DNA from: Octopus bimaculoides
Taxonomy: Eukaryota
Assembly (NCBI RefSeq): GCF_001194135.2
Contig: NC_068997.1
Coordinates: 11,769,214-11,817,252 of the forward strand
Length of the DNA: 48,039 nucleotides
Reading direction: 5' to 3'
The notes below the pieces were generated by a model, which worked only from the letters and a program-made list of their open reading frames with translations, was not told the origin of the DNA and made no database searches. A program made the position numbers and the translations under genes. Position 1 is the stretch's first letter; each line of letters opens with the position of its first letter. This document shows, in pieces, positions 12,334 to 25,020 of this stretch.

Positions 12334-12352
12334 TGTGTGTGTGTGTGTGTTT
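12095..12352. repeat. (TACA)n and (TG)n microsatellites
   Basis: Directly visible. Confidence 0.95.
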
Positions 12353-13354
12353 GTGAGTATACGAGACGCAAGAGTGGTCTATCGTGCAGTAACTTGTCAT
12401 GTTTTAACATTGACATTTTCCACTAACAAGAGAGAGAGATGTCGACGTCGGAATTTTCAGTTTTACTTCATTACCTGAAGAATATTTAAATGTGAACATA
12501 TAATACTCAGTAGTTTGTGCACTGAAAAACTAATTATAGATATATATATATATATATATATATAATTGAAATAATTATGTAGGAGGTCAATCTTAAACAT
12601 CTGATTAGCTATAAAACTAAGAACGTTTGTGTGGGTAGTAATGCGGTGTTAGCCATTAACTCCTAACACTTTCACTGACGGAATATAAAATCAGGTTTAG
12701 CCTGATACAAATTTAGTACATAAATAGTGACAGGAGCAAAGTATTAGAAGGCATTTTGCTTGGTTTCTCAAAGTCCATAAACATTCTGCTATTGATTTTT
12801 ATACATAGCTAACGGCAATACATTTTCAGGCATTTTTATGTTCCAGGACAGTATTTTATGAAGCCCGGCGGGGTTGGCTCTCTGAATCAACACCAGCGTA
12901 TTTAGATTTCATTTCATAGTAACGCACGTTTACGCGGAGTGAGTTAGTGCAGAACTAATTTTGTATTTGAAATCACTGTTCAATTATGTATTGAAATATC
13001 GACCCGTGATAATCTACAGGTGCCATCATGAGTATTGGAAAAATTATAAAGCCTAATTTTAAGATGCAAATGCATGTGTGTCTATCATTGTCCTTGTGTA
13101 TAAAAAAAAAACAATGAGTTTATTGTATACAACGTTCTAATTCACTGTAAGATATACATACCTACAGCTATACATATATATGGGGGTACATATTATATAT
13201 TTTTCTTTTGTATATAAAGTGATGCAAAATATATTTATTTGTCTACACCCACATATATACATACATGCATATATTGTATAGATAGGTTTGTATACCAATT
13301 CGTTAAAATATATTTTGCGGGCAGTAGAAACTTTCGTAGCCACTTGTTCCCTAC

Positions 13355-13721
13355 CTTTAACCTTAAGGTTTTGACGATTATGCGAGGCCGCCTTCCTGAT
13401 ATAAGGCTTTTTTGGACAGTTTCACCTCTCTGAAACTTACCCGTTTTCAAGTCAGAACGGAGGCGATTTCTTGGAGAGAGAGATATTGAGAATGAACCAA
13501 TGGGTACCAAATTTGATTCACATATTTTTGACGCCGAAATAATGAATGATTTGACCTCAGTGCAGATAGGTTGAAAGCTTACCAGAAAGTGTTTCAAACG
13601 ACTTTCTGTCGCTTCGCAAAGTTGCTGCCCATTATAATTGAATATGCCTTGGTAAGAATCCGACAAGAAACTTACAGCAATGCTTCCTTGTAATTGTCTT
13701 TGGAACACACGAATTATTCTG
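13355..13721 (-). CDS. Candidate exon of unknown protein inside a 173-codon open frame
   Basis: Minus frame is stop-free over 13238-13756. Possible acceptor GATCAG| at 13721 and donor AAG|GTAGGG at 13355, with other GTAAG donors inside. GC-richer island, no recognised homolog, and plus-strand alternatives exist. Confidence 0.25.
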
Positions 13722-13928
13722 CTGATCGATGAATGGTAAATTTTGTATGCGAAATTTTAAAATAAACATTGCATCATCATTTTCATCTGTTTAATTGATT
13801 ATCTACAAGATATGGATGGAGTGTTTCATGTTGCTTGTCATCTTCGAGGGTTTTGATTTCAAGCACATACACTTGCATCGTCCCAAACCTGCATGCACGA
13901 GCGGAAACGCATACGTAATATGCACACA

Positions 13929-14141
13929 TGCGAGGGGGTGCTGAGCATTTCACGTCTTTAAGGGTCTTGCGAAAGGTTTGATTGTAGGCCCAACCTTCCT
14001 AGTTCTTTTACAGGGCTTAGAAAAACTGAAAGGCCGCTGTAATAAATGTGCGAACCTGAGAGGGGAATATGTTGAATAAAATCTTAACTGAACCGACTGC
14101 ATTTTCTTTTAACTAAAACCGCCGAATTTTAACATCTCGTA
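13929..14141 (+). mobile_element. Internally deleted mariner derivative (MITE-like)
   Basis: Degenerate ends TGCGAGGGGGTGCTG ... ATCTCGTA; interior encodes GRCNKCANLRGEYVE*, the typical mariner transposase C-terminus. Confidence 0.7.
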
Positions 14142-14351
14142 CCATCTGTAAATACAGATATTTGTGCATTTACATGTAGATGCACAAATGTATATATATT
14201 CATAAGCATTCATATGCCCGCGTACGGACACATATATGTATGTATGTTAATCGTCTATACCGCACAATGGTATCTAAACGATGGTAATTTAAACGTATGA
14301 CTGCAATTTGGAAGACAAAGTTTCAGTCGATACTATTTACTAAACCACTTC

Positions 14352-14470
14352 AGAGGTACTTTATTTTATCGACTCCTAAAAACGAAAGCAAAGATAATCC
14401 TGGAGCGATTTCAGATCGGAAGGTAAGGAACCGGTACGAATAACTGTAAGCAATATTTCTGACGCTCTCC
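14352..14470 (-). mobile_element. Degenerate SINE type A
   Basis: GGTACTTTATTTTATCGACTCCTAAAAACGAAAGCAAAG... resembles 43505-43590. Confidence 0.55.
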
Positions 14471-14596
14471 AATATATGTATTCTGTTAATACAACACGCT
14501 TCACCTATGATCATATCATGAACGTCCACAATCTCACGCGCAAAGACATATATGCATGTATGTATGTGTAAATGCAGGTGTGCGCGCACACACGCG

Positions 14597-14716
<120 letters not shown>

Positions 14717-15587
14717 GAAATATGCACATATATATGTAACCCAATACAAAACTACGCCCTATGTGTGTGTACTCCATGTATACGCACATATATTATATAT
14801 GTATATATGTGTTTATATGCGCATGTCTGTATTAACATGTATATCAATCCATATATACATATGAAGATTTGTTCACTATACACTAAGTTTGTATAACAAA
14901 CTGGATAAGTCAAGACTGGAATAACTTTGAACATACGTCTAAACATGTCGTGGTTAACCTAGGTCGAAGTATCAGCACCATAAACGAGAACGGCAACAAA
15001 CTATCGCTCACGAATGTAATCATCTTATAATAACCTTCAAATTTCTTTTATATTTAAAAAAAATCGATAGATCCTCTTCTTAAGCAATACTTTTTGTAAG
15101 AAGAAATAGAACGTGACAACGAAACAATTGCTTGCGAAATAACGCATTATTTCTGAACTGAGAGATATTTAGAATGCATCATCTCATTTCCCACACAAGT
15201 TTTGAAATGCAATTGGGCATTGGATGATTAGATGTGGGACGTTGGCGAGAAAATAACTTCGTTCTCATGTCAAGATACTAGCGAAAATTACATTTCGTTC
15301 ACATTAATTCTGACTGATATTATCCAAAACCTTGACACATCACGACATGTGACAGTTAGAAGAGAAATCTGGTGCGTTTATGAAGTTTTAAAAAGATAGC
15401 CATAGATGTTATATAAACATAGCCAAACTAGAGATGAAAATAGAATTTTTATGTTTTCTGGTTTGAAATATCTACTTTGAATTAGTCTCACTGTATATAT
15501 TGATAATGTGAATGATGTATTCATATCGATATTCTTAAAAAACATACACATAAACATATTATATTTAAGAAATTACTAATACATAGG

Positions 15588-15720
15588 CACACGCATAGCA
15601 GTGTGGTTAAGAAGTTCACTTTGCAACCACTTAGGCAAGTATCTGTAACTATAGCCCCGAAACGACAATGCTTTGTGAATGAATTTGGTAGCGGCTGGGT
15701 TTCTGTGGTGTGTGAATAGA
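15588..15720 (+). mobile_element. Degenerate, internally deleted SINE type C
   Basis: GCAGTGTGGTTAAGAAG..TTGCAACCAC|TTAGGCAAGTATCTGTAACTATAGCCCC..CAATGCTTTGTGAATGAATTTGGTAG matches parts of 41081-41230. Confidence 0.6.
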
Positions 15721-15861
15721 TAATTGAAAGAAAAGGCGTATCAAGTGATGAGTTATGGTTGAGCACTTTAGCTCTTGTTTCTAGGATTGTAGGTGTTATA
15801 ACACCCTCTGTCATATTTAATGACAATTACAGTTTTCCTTTTTATAGTGACAATTATAGAT

Positions 15862-15916
<55 letters not shown>

Positions 15917-17344
15917 CAGATAGATAGATAGATATTGAAGGTCATCATAATACACACACACTCCGGCAACCACACAAATGTACATGCTAACAAATACACA
16001 CACTTCTGCATATGTATATATGCTCACATACACGCACACGTTTTCCCATATGCTACCCATACAGACATATATTTACACGTATAACATATGCTTTTATATA
16101 CATTCGCGTAAACTCACTCACATTGTCGTGCAAACAGACATATAACATTTGATTTCTTCCTGGGTCCTCACCTATTAGAATATCATTCTGAGAGTCGCTG
16201 TATGCAACTTGACCAAGTATTATGGTCGGTTAATACGTTCTTTCATATCCCTAATAGTTTTGACTTTAAACGCTGACCGGTCCGAATAAAGTTCACATAG
16301 GCACGATAGTTGATAAATTAGGCGAAGAAATGTATTGTGATTAGAAAAACGGTGTCACAGGTGCGTGTGTTTTCCATGTAGGTGTGCTAGTTGGTTTACT
16401 CGAAAACTTATAAGATTGACAAGTTTGATGATATCAATGCTTCTTGATAAATGGACATGTGTATTGGTTTAAAATTTGATTATGTACGCATGCCGATTGA
16501 CTTTTGGCTGTCCATTGTAGACTACTTTTGATATGAGCGCACTCTAAATCTGGGGATATGCAGTCGGTTGTGTTCTATCCAGAGTACAACAGAAAGCCGT
16601 ATTCCCTGCAGCTTATGTGGCTGTAAGTATGCGCCAAACTTCTTTTCAATTAATCTAAGAATACGTGGAATAATTTCCTTCATGACTGTCCATTGCTTTT
16701 GATATAAACAGATGGTAACAAGAATAAAAATTGAAAGTCAGCTCTTCATCTATCAGATGATTCAAACTTATGTTTACTATACCAAACCTGTTAGAAATAA
16801 ATAAGAAATCATCTAAACTTTATATCAGAATAATAATCTGTATATATTTTCATTCTCTTCTGTTATCACATTTAATTATAATCGTGATTAAAATGCCAGA
16901 CACTTGTGGAATTTGTAAAGATATAAATCGAATCGTATGATATCGTTTTGATGGAGGAAGTATCGCTTTCTTCCTTTGATATATGGCTTCAGATATACAG
17001 ACGACATTTAGTGAAACTTTACGACATTTATCTGAAGAGTATAACTGATATACCGGAAACCGAAAAAATATCGCGACATCAACATTAAATATGTGGCCTA
17101 ACGTTCACTCTTAAACGCGTTGTACGTTTTATGTTATACTACTTACATTAAACTCAAAAGCTTTATATTTTTGGTCGACACATGAGAAATAGTGATATCC
17201 ATTCATTTCTTTAAATAATCAATGTCCAAATTATTAGTACGATGTTACATTCGGCGATAAATAATGGATTATTTGTTATGTGACTAATACAGTTCTATAT
17301 ATAAGAAATACGGAATTATGTACACTATTTACATTATTTACATT

Positions 17345-17391
17345 TGAGAACCTGGGTTCTCATTCCTGAGGTATTTTTCGATGCTGTTCCC

Positions 17392-17424
<33 letters not shown>

Positions 17425-17890
17425 ATTATTATTAATATTATTGTTATTATCATTATTCAGGTCACTGAATGGAATCGAACTCGGAATCTTGGGTTTAGTA
17501 GCCCGCGCTCTTAACCACTATTTCATATACCCGTCGGCAATTATAGAGTGAATTTTAGGGCTTATAAATCTAATATTCTCCTATCCTTCCTTAATACCGG
17601 TTTCTATATGCTATTCATGTCTGCACTCGGTCTTCTTAGGAAGTTCTTGTGTCCTAGCGTACGTGCTGCTTCTTTTAGTTTTAGTATTTTCCAGTGGTGT
17701 TTTCTGTCTATTATTTTAACTTCATCCCACAGGGGCAGATGGTCTCCATTTTTCCGTATATGATGAGCTATACCCGATTCATCAATATCTCCCCGTGTCA
17801 CAGGTTTGCGATATTCCTCTACCCTTCTTTTGAAAGGGCGGCAGAAAGACGTGGAAGGATCATTCGCGAAATAAACTACAAAAAGCAAAT
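17345..17890 (-). mobile_element. Penelope-like element 3' fragment (GIY-YIG endonuclease C-half plus downstream region)
   Basis: Minus frame RPFKRRVEEYRKPVTRGDIDESGIAHHIRKNGDHLPLWDEVKIIDRKHHWKILKLKEAA..L.RP..MNSI* is a PLE GIY-YIG domain, with a W-to-stop mutation at 17604. Confidence 0.85.
17460..17532 (-). pseudogene. tRNA-like Pol III module within the Penelope-like fragment (not a functional tRNA)
   Basis: GGGTATATGAAATAGTGGTTAAGAGCGCGGGCTACTAAACCCAAGATTCCGAGTTCGATTCCATTCAGTGACC: 73 nt with A-box-like TAGTGG and B-box GAGTTCGATTCC, poor acceptor-stem pairing, followed by (AAT)n. Confidence 0.7.
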
Positions 17891-19505
17891 AATTCCGAAG
17901 CTGTCATGGCCTTTCGATATTTACTTTAATAACTAATTTTCAGCTTATTCCAGTTTCAAGTACTTTGTTTAGCTGCAAGTGAACCCTTACCCAATTGACT
18001 TAAAAACAAATGTGTTCCAGTGGTCACTTTATTCCTTTCTCACACGCTATTTATATTTAAATTTCATTATGCAAATTGTTTTTATCTTTATTTTATAAAA
18101 GACTGTAGGACTTAATGCAGCAGCCATTTATAACTTCTCATCAGACAAATTCAGATCCTTCTAAAGGTTCATCGGTTTCACGGTTAAGTTGTTGTAAAGA
18201 AATTTATTGCACTGTCTGCTTATAAAGTGGTTATAGGGTTAGGATACATCCAAAAGAAACAACCTATCTTTTCATGACTATGGCTAATCAATGCAAAACA
18301 CTATTTTCTAACAAATACGTAATTTCTTGACCATGAAATAAAGATTTCGGTTAAAGATGTCACGAATAAACATGCAGCAACTTGACCTGCAAATCTCAGT
18401 GTCATCGCAGACCAACTCACTATGGTTACGCTAATTACCACTGCCTGTACATATGCATCACATTAATCCATCTGCGAAAAATAAGCCACTGACAGAAGCC
18501 ATCATTTTTGGCATATGATATCTTATGCAAACGCGTAGCTCCAAATTAGTTAAAACGTAGCTGAGATGCCGCTGTACATAATTACATGAACAAACTACCG
18601 ATATGTCTCCATCAGTTGCATGCGTTTATGCATTACATTGAAATCCTGAAAGAGTACCAAAGAATACAACATACATTTATACATCTCTGAAATTTCAAAA
18701 CGTTCTTTTGGTCACTTACCACAAGTTTCTCCTCCAATTCTCACCAATAAAATCTCTATATTCATTGATCCAGTGAAATTTGTTGTATTTGCATTCAACT
18801 AAACGCAGATCACAGTCAATCGACAAAGCTCAGGACAAAGCAGTCTTTCCAATTCAGTGAGATAACGGCTATAATACACATTGATATCAAGTTCAGAAAC
18901 AATTACTCTCATCCCACACACAGAAATCCATTTCATCTAATAGTATTTCTAACATGTTGATGAAGCAATATACGCCAACTCTGCTACAGGTTCTCACTTA
19001 ATTTTTCGAAAACCCATACATTCACTGTCCCTCGATCAAACAATATTTCTTTGAATCTATCTATCTAGGGATTCAGCTAAAACGTGTAATAGAAATTTAA
19101 AACAAGCACAGACACACACTCATCATTAAAAATATTAATCTTGTTGTTGATGTTGCTACTTTTCGCAAGTTTGCAAATGACGCGAAAGAAATATATTCCA
19201 AAATGGAGGCGAAAAGAATAATAATTTTTTTTTTAAATGAGAATTATTATGATGACAAAATGTGGGAACTCTTGATTTATGTTTCCACTAAAAGTAATAG
19301 CTATAGATTTTCGATATCTGGTGCGTAAATCTCTCATAATCAAGTAGCTGCATATTTCATGACTTGAATATGTAACTGAGCTATTTACTTACTATTTAGT
19401 CTATTTTTATGAATTCCGGATATTTTCAATATCACTTTTATCTGCCCACCTAAACCTTAATCTCTATACATGATGTACTCTAAACAACTTTTTTTTATTT
19501 TCCTC

Positions 19506-19614
19506 CGAACTTTCTAGGAAGTAATTCCTCTCCCTCCTTCCCTTCCTTGGAACTTTACAGGAAGTAATCCTCCCTCCTCGGAACTTTCCAGGAAGTAATT
19601 CCTCTCCCTCCTTC
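19506..19614. repeat. Three-unit minisatellite (31-44 bp units)
   Basis: Core GAACTTT(C/A)(T/C)AGGAAGTAAT(T)CCTC repeated three times with variable pyrimidine spacers. Confidence 0.9.
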
Positions 19615-19616
19615 AT

Positions 19617-19860
19617 GTGGGAGCAGTTTGCAATTTTGAGGGCTTACGAAATGTTGAAGGTGTATTGTATGTTAAATACACAGGATCTACACAACAAAGA
19701 AATCTGACTGAAGCGATGCACGACGGAAGCATCAAAAGCGCAATTGCTTTCAGAGCTAAGATATCTCTAGGCATCCATTTATGCCTTGAATACACTTAAT
19801 TACTGATAAAATACTGCAGCAGTTGGAAAGGTTGATAGCATTTATATCACAAATAAAGAT
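19617..19860 (+). mobile_element. Degenerate Penelope-like GIY-YIG fragment
   Basis: GAVCNF...VKYTGSTQQRNLTEAMHDGSIK resembles PLE VVY.F.C....YIG.T...L..RL..H..DGSIK. Confidence 0.5.
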
Positions 19861-20289
19861 ATAACAACGGAATATATGTTAGTGACAAGAGACAGGGTTA
19901 CACCAGCTCCAACGTATTATATTTCCCAGCGATGCAACACCATTTATCACAACAATAAAGCGTTCATTTTACACAATGTGCTTCACCTTATAAATACTCT
20001 CATACATATGTATGTATATGTATGGATCTATATACGCAATATATGCAGACGATTTTTATCTATTCATATATACATATATGCATGTATAATATGTACGTAT
20101 ATATATATATGTATATGTATGTATGTTTGTAGGTATGTATATATGTATGTAGGTATGTACGTATGTATGTATGTATATGGACATGCATGCGCACAGAAAG
20201 GTGTATCTCTCTGTAATATATACATCCATGAAAATATATTACTATTGAAGTAAGACCCAAGGAAAAGAAACTCACTTGAAATATTCATA

Positions 20290-20405
20290 AGAATCAAAAT
20301 CAAAAGACAACCAAAATCTCGTGCCAAATTACCTTAATACAAATTTTACTCCAACAGTCAAAGAGTGTGGTCGCCCCAAATACGGAATCTGCATTCATGC
20401 TTAAG
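20290..20405 (+). mobile_element. Possible Penelope-like RT-EN linker fragment
   Basis: KRQPKS.RAKLP and KECGRPKYGICIH resemble the RQP.NL....RAKL and C..P.C..C.H linker motifs; frameshifted. Confidence 0.35.
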
Positions 20406-21292
20406 AAAAAAAACATACTATAAAATCGAATCACGCCATATCTACACTCTTCACCCGTCCCTCTTCACCCGTCCATGAACGTGCCAGCTCACCGTCTGTT
20501 GTTCAAATTATGAGGGAAAGAGAAATATTTGTTTCCTGATTAAAAAAAAAAAACTTACACAGACACATCGGGTTCTGAATCTATAGGTAGTGTTTTAATC
20601 GGTTGTTGATGTTATATGCCAAAGTGACACTTGAAATTATTATAACTGGTGCCATCTACTTATTTTGTGCATTGAAGCCCAGGACCGCATTATTCACAGT
20701 GCTTAACAAATTACTTTAGTAACAATTACTTGATTGAATTGATATTTCATCTGATAATCTGGCGTTATAAGGTGGTTATGCAATCGTTTATGTAACGATC
20801 ACGGAAAGCATACTACGGAAACATTTATAAAGATAATGTAATTTATGATGTAACAAAATTAGGGAAATTTTATGTTTTATTGTGCTTTTGGATTTACATG
20901 ATATAATATATTCAAATGTATTTAATACCAAGAGTAAATCAGATAACGAATTGTTTGATACCTAATTGATAGTAACATATACATAGATTATAAAGACTTT
21001 CATAAAAATTTAATAGATGAGCGATCGCATTTGATATAGTATATTTTTAATGCTTACACACACACCTGTGTGTGTATATTAATATATATAAGTGTAAACA
21101 GAGCTAGCGGTTATAATAACCGACTAAGGGATAAAATATCCGTATATACTATCGGTGTTCCTTACCCGTACTATCCCCAGGCATTGGTGTGCAGGCACAC
21201 CGCGCACGTACAGTGCAGATAACAATAGAATAAACAAGATTTTAACAGGAACCAATGCAAATAATCAGAAAATGGAGAAAACCTCAGATTAA

Positions 21293-22015
21293 TAAATACA
21301 TCGATTTGACCACATGTATAGCTTATCATTAATATAAAGCATAACATAACAAATAGGTGAAGTAACATAACTTGCGGCCATTTCCGATCCGTTGCCAAAA
21401 TGCTGTCTATAACTAAATGCGAGAATAAAATTCTTCATCTTTAGAGGACATTCGAATTAAGGCATGGAGCTTCAACAGAGTAAAAATGAAGAGCATACTA
21501 TATAGACAAAAGGAAGAAGGAAAAAGAAAGAAAACATGGCCTAGAAAAAAGTCTGGAAGCCGAATAATGTAAAAGCATATAATTTACCATCTTGGGGCTA
21601 CGATGTCTGTAGGCAAAAGAGTGAGCTAGTAATGGTCTAGGAAATACTACAATTTATTAACGGATAGATGCAATTTAAAAGTAGGGTAGGATGTTTAAAA
21701 TAGATGTTATCAAGAAAATGTATATAAGGAAAGTACTAACGTGACTATCAGATGACAGTACCTATGCTAACGAAGGAAACTCAAGTAAATGTAAACAAAT
21801 CCTTCTTCCCTTTGTTTATATTGTATGCTCTTGTCTTTTACTCTGATGAAGCTTTGTGCCTTACCTCGAATGTCCTATGAAGGTGAAGAACTTTATTCTC
21901 GCATTTTGGCAACGGATCGGAAACGGTCGTACGATATGTTACGTCACCTATTTATTATGTCATGATTTGTATTAAAACCAATTAGCCCAGAGATGTAGTT
22001 CAATCGATGTATTTT
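21293..22015. mobile_element. Foldback element: about 220 bp inverted arms around a ~280 bp spacer
   Basis: Arms 21293-21521 and 21800-22015 are reverse-complementary with scattered mismatches; 21381-21403 pairs perfectly with 21901-21923 (23 bp). Confidence 0.85.
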
Positions 22016-22039
22016 TTTCATTTTCTCATTATTTGCATT

Positions 22040-22084
<45 letters not shown>

Positions 22085-23194
22085 GCTATATATATATTCA
22101 TAAAATTTTAATACGTGTTAAACAATTATTTCCTTACTTCATAATGCAGTATTTTTTAAGCATTGATCACTTACGCGTAAAATTAGTAGAAATCCTTCAT
22201 AATTTTTCAATATGCCAAGGACGTTCTGTTACATCACGAACAATGCTATATCATTAACACCGTTACAATGCACCAAGGAACATAATTAAGAATATGAATT
22301 CTGTTTCCAGCTGTGCATGTATTAATTAATCTAGGAAAATACCACTCAACAGAAACAGACTAACGTACTGAAACTATGGATAACTATAATAAACTCTCTG
22401 GATAAGCAGATGCAAATCTTTTCCTAGTATACGCTTTGCATGGAAAATACATTCATAAATTAATTAGTACATTCTGTTACAATCCATAGAGAATAGCTAT
22501 CATGAATTAACAATAAAAGATCTATGAAAATATGTGGAATTTGTCCCCTAAAGCTGCTTCCTGAATGACAAAATAAAGTAGTAAGAGTTTTTTTTTTTTT
22601 TACTGGAACAAAAGAAACAATTTTCAGTTCCTCAGATATTGTTAATTTTATCGAATAAAGATTTTTCGTTACTCACGCACTCATTCTAATTGTGACTGAA
22701 GTTGGAGGAAAATATTCGGCAACGATTAGCTTCAGCATACAAAATTAACAGATATTTGTTGCATAATAGAGGGTATCTGATTCAATTTCAAATTTTCGTC
22801 TACGCATTTGCTGCAATTAAAAATCACATAACACGATATTAGCAGGGGTTATATTTCAAGGCGTTTTCTTCTTTACATTAAGATGTTGCTCAAACAAGTC
22901 TCGAATGCATTCAAATGCCATGCGAGATGTGTTTAGAATAATCCGAAACATTTCTCCAAGTTAAGAAGAATTGACATTTTGTTTCAGTTGAGACTGTCTC
23001 CAGACCAGAAATTTTGTAGAATTCTTCGACAAGTCGTACCGTCAAATCTGAGTTTCAGAGAAAAGTTCCTTTATACATTCCAAATTCGAAGATGATTTTT
23101 CACTAATTTATTCGAAATGCTCAATAATCTTACCGCTGCTTATGACATTTTATAGTCAGTTAATCTTATGTCTTATTTGTTTTAGCTAGATGCG

Positions 23195-23325
23195 ACACAC
23201 ACGCGCACACACACAGACACACAGACACACACACACACATATACACACACACGCACGCACACACACAAACACACATGCACACATAAACGTGTGTGCACGC
23301 ATATAGGTATGCATATATCTATGAA

Positions 23326-23412
<87 letters not shown>
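23195..23412. repeat. (CA)n and long (TA)n microsatellites
   Basis: Directly visible. Confidence 0.95.
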
Positions 23413-23413
<1 letters not shown>

Positions 23414-24055
23414 ACATTTATTTAGGCATACGTACACATACGCATCCTCACATACACACACATACATACTATACACGTACATACATGTGATTTCATCTAT
23501 ATGTGTAAGTACACATACATACATGAGTATACGATTTTTTATGTTTAAATTTCTTTCCACCCTTGAAATAAAAGAGACAATTTTGAAATCTGTTTCGAAA
23601 AAGTTTACACCTAAATTAAATCGATATCTACCTTTGCGTGAAGATAGCTGTCGGCGTGTTTTGAAGAATACGCCCCTTTGAGTACAATTGACTCACACAT
23701 TAGGGTGATATATTTAAACATTAATCTCATAATACCAATACTTTGTGGGTTATTGCAGATAAATTGTGTTTCTTCCAGTTTTCTACAATTCATTTTGAAA
23801 TTTCGTTTTTGTTTGGGCTTTTTTATATACATTTTAAATCTTTTGTATAGCTTTGTAATTCTTTAAATATTGTTATTCAACGTAGTTATTTTCCAGTATA
23901 TACCAAATCGATATTCTTATACCGAGTGAAAAGTGCATTCGGTTTTGAATATTTCGGTATTACATTATTAATTCTACATGCATTTGCTCGCTTCTAATTA
24001 GTTTTCTGTTTCCACTTTTATTATTTCATAATGCTTTTCTATTTCTATTTTTTGT

Positions 24056-24390
24056 TGGTGGCACTCCGTCGCTTACGACATTGAGGGTTCCAGTTGATCC
24101 GATCAACGGAACAGCCTGCTCGTGAAATTAACGTACAAGTGGCTGAGCACTCCACAGACACGTATACCCTTAAAACAGCTCTCCGGGATATTCAGCGTGA
24201 CACAGTGTGACAAGGCTGACCCTTTGAATTACAGGCACAACAGAAACAGGAAGTAAGAGTGAGAGAAAGTTGTGGTGGAAGAGTACAGCAGGGTTCACCA
24301 CCATCCCCTGCCGGAGCCTCGTGGAGTTTTCGCTCACTAAACACTCATAACGTCCGGTCTGGGAATTGAAACCGCGATCCTATGACTGCA
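24056..24390 (-). mobile_element. tRNA-headed SINE type B (5' end lost in gap)
   Basis: Minus strand GGATCGCGGTTTCAATTCCCAGACCGG (B-box region)...GAGCAGGCTGTTCCGTTGATCGGATCAACTGGAACCCTC...CGACGGAGTGCCA; shares its 5' part with 33416-33588. Confidence 0.9.
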
Positions 24391-24985
24391 NNNNNNNNNN
24401 TAATGATGTGTCTACGTATACGTGAATAAATGTGTAATATGCAGCTATATCGTATCCTGCAATGCTATGTAATGGACCAATTAACATTTGTTGATAAAAT
24501 ACTCTAATTATAAGTATCAGGAAAAAATATATCTACTTGCATACTGTGAATCACAGACTACCTTACTGCGTATAGTATAAACAATCTACTAGAGTTCAAA
24601 TAGCAGATAAAATTGTATTAGTAATTTTGAGAAAACGGAAATGCAGGCATTAATTTTTTTTTATCTGTAAAGCGGTACACTGTCTAGCGATAGATAAGTG
24701 TTTACCGTGGCGGCTGTAGGTCTGTTCTTCATTTCTGTCAAATATTGTTGTTTAAAATTTGAAATATCATTTACATTGAAAATCTCAACAGTGCATTTTT
24801 TTGTCTACAAATTCGATACTTTGAGTAGTTTTATTTCGGACTCATAGATAGAGAACAGACCCCCTCACTATGTTAGACATAACAGAATATAATAGTATAA
24901 TTCATGACATATACTTACATATAGATGCATACATAGATACACACACACACGCACAGACAAACACACATACACACACGCATATTAT

Positions 24986-25020
<35 letters not shown>

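Noticed and set aside
13570-13638. LRR-like peptide VESLPESVSNDFLSLRKVAAHYN on plus strand
   Set aside because: Single repeat closed by stops on both sides with no donor; neighbouring frames do not continue an LRR array without several frameshifts.
17460-17532. Genuine tRNA-Ser(ACT) gene
   Set aside because: Acceptor and anticodon stems pair poorly, the A box is mutated, there is no long variable arm, and it is embedded in a retroelement. The SINE heads elsewhere were likewise not called as tRNA genes.
19506-19614. CRISPR-like repeat-spacer appearance
   Set aside because: Eukaryotic context, only three degenerate units, spacers are related pyrimidine runs and there are no cas genes.
19613-19795. 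Signal-peptide-like minus ORF MPRDILALKAIALLMLPSCIAS
   Set aside because: Better explained as the antisense of the Penelope GIY-YIG relic on the plus strand.
21171-21398. Secreted-peptide-like ORF MATDRKWPQVMLLHLFVMLCFILMISYTCG
   Set aside because: Starts inside the foldback arm, and the mirror arm carries a stop; a repeat-derived chance ORF.
22697-22729. LIVAEYFPPTS, resembling the nAChR M2-M3 loop (LLVAE..PPTS)
   Set aside because: In-frame stops lie a few codons either side, there is no M2 or M3 helix around it, and its order relative to the 5.3 kb motif is wrong for one gene.
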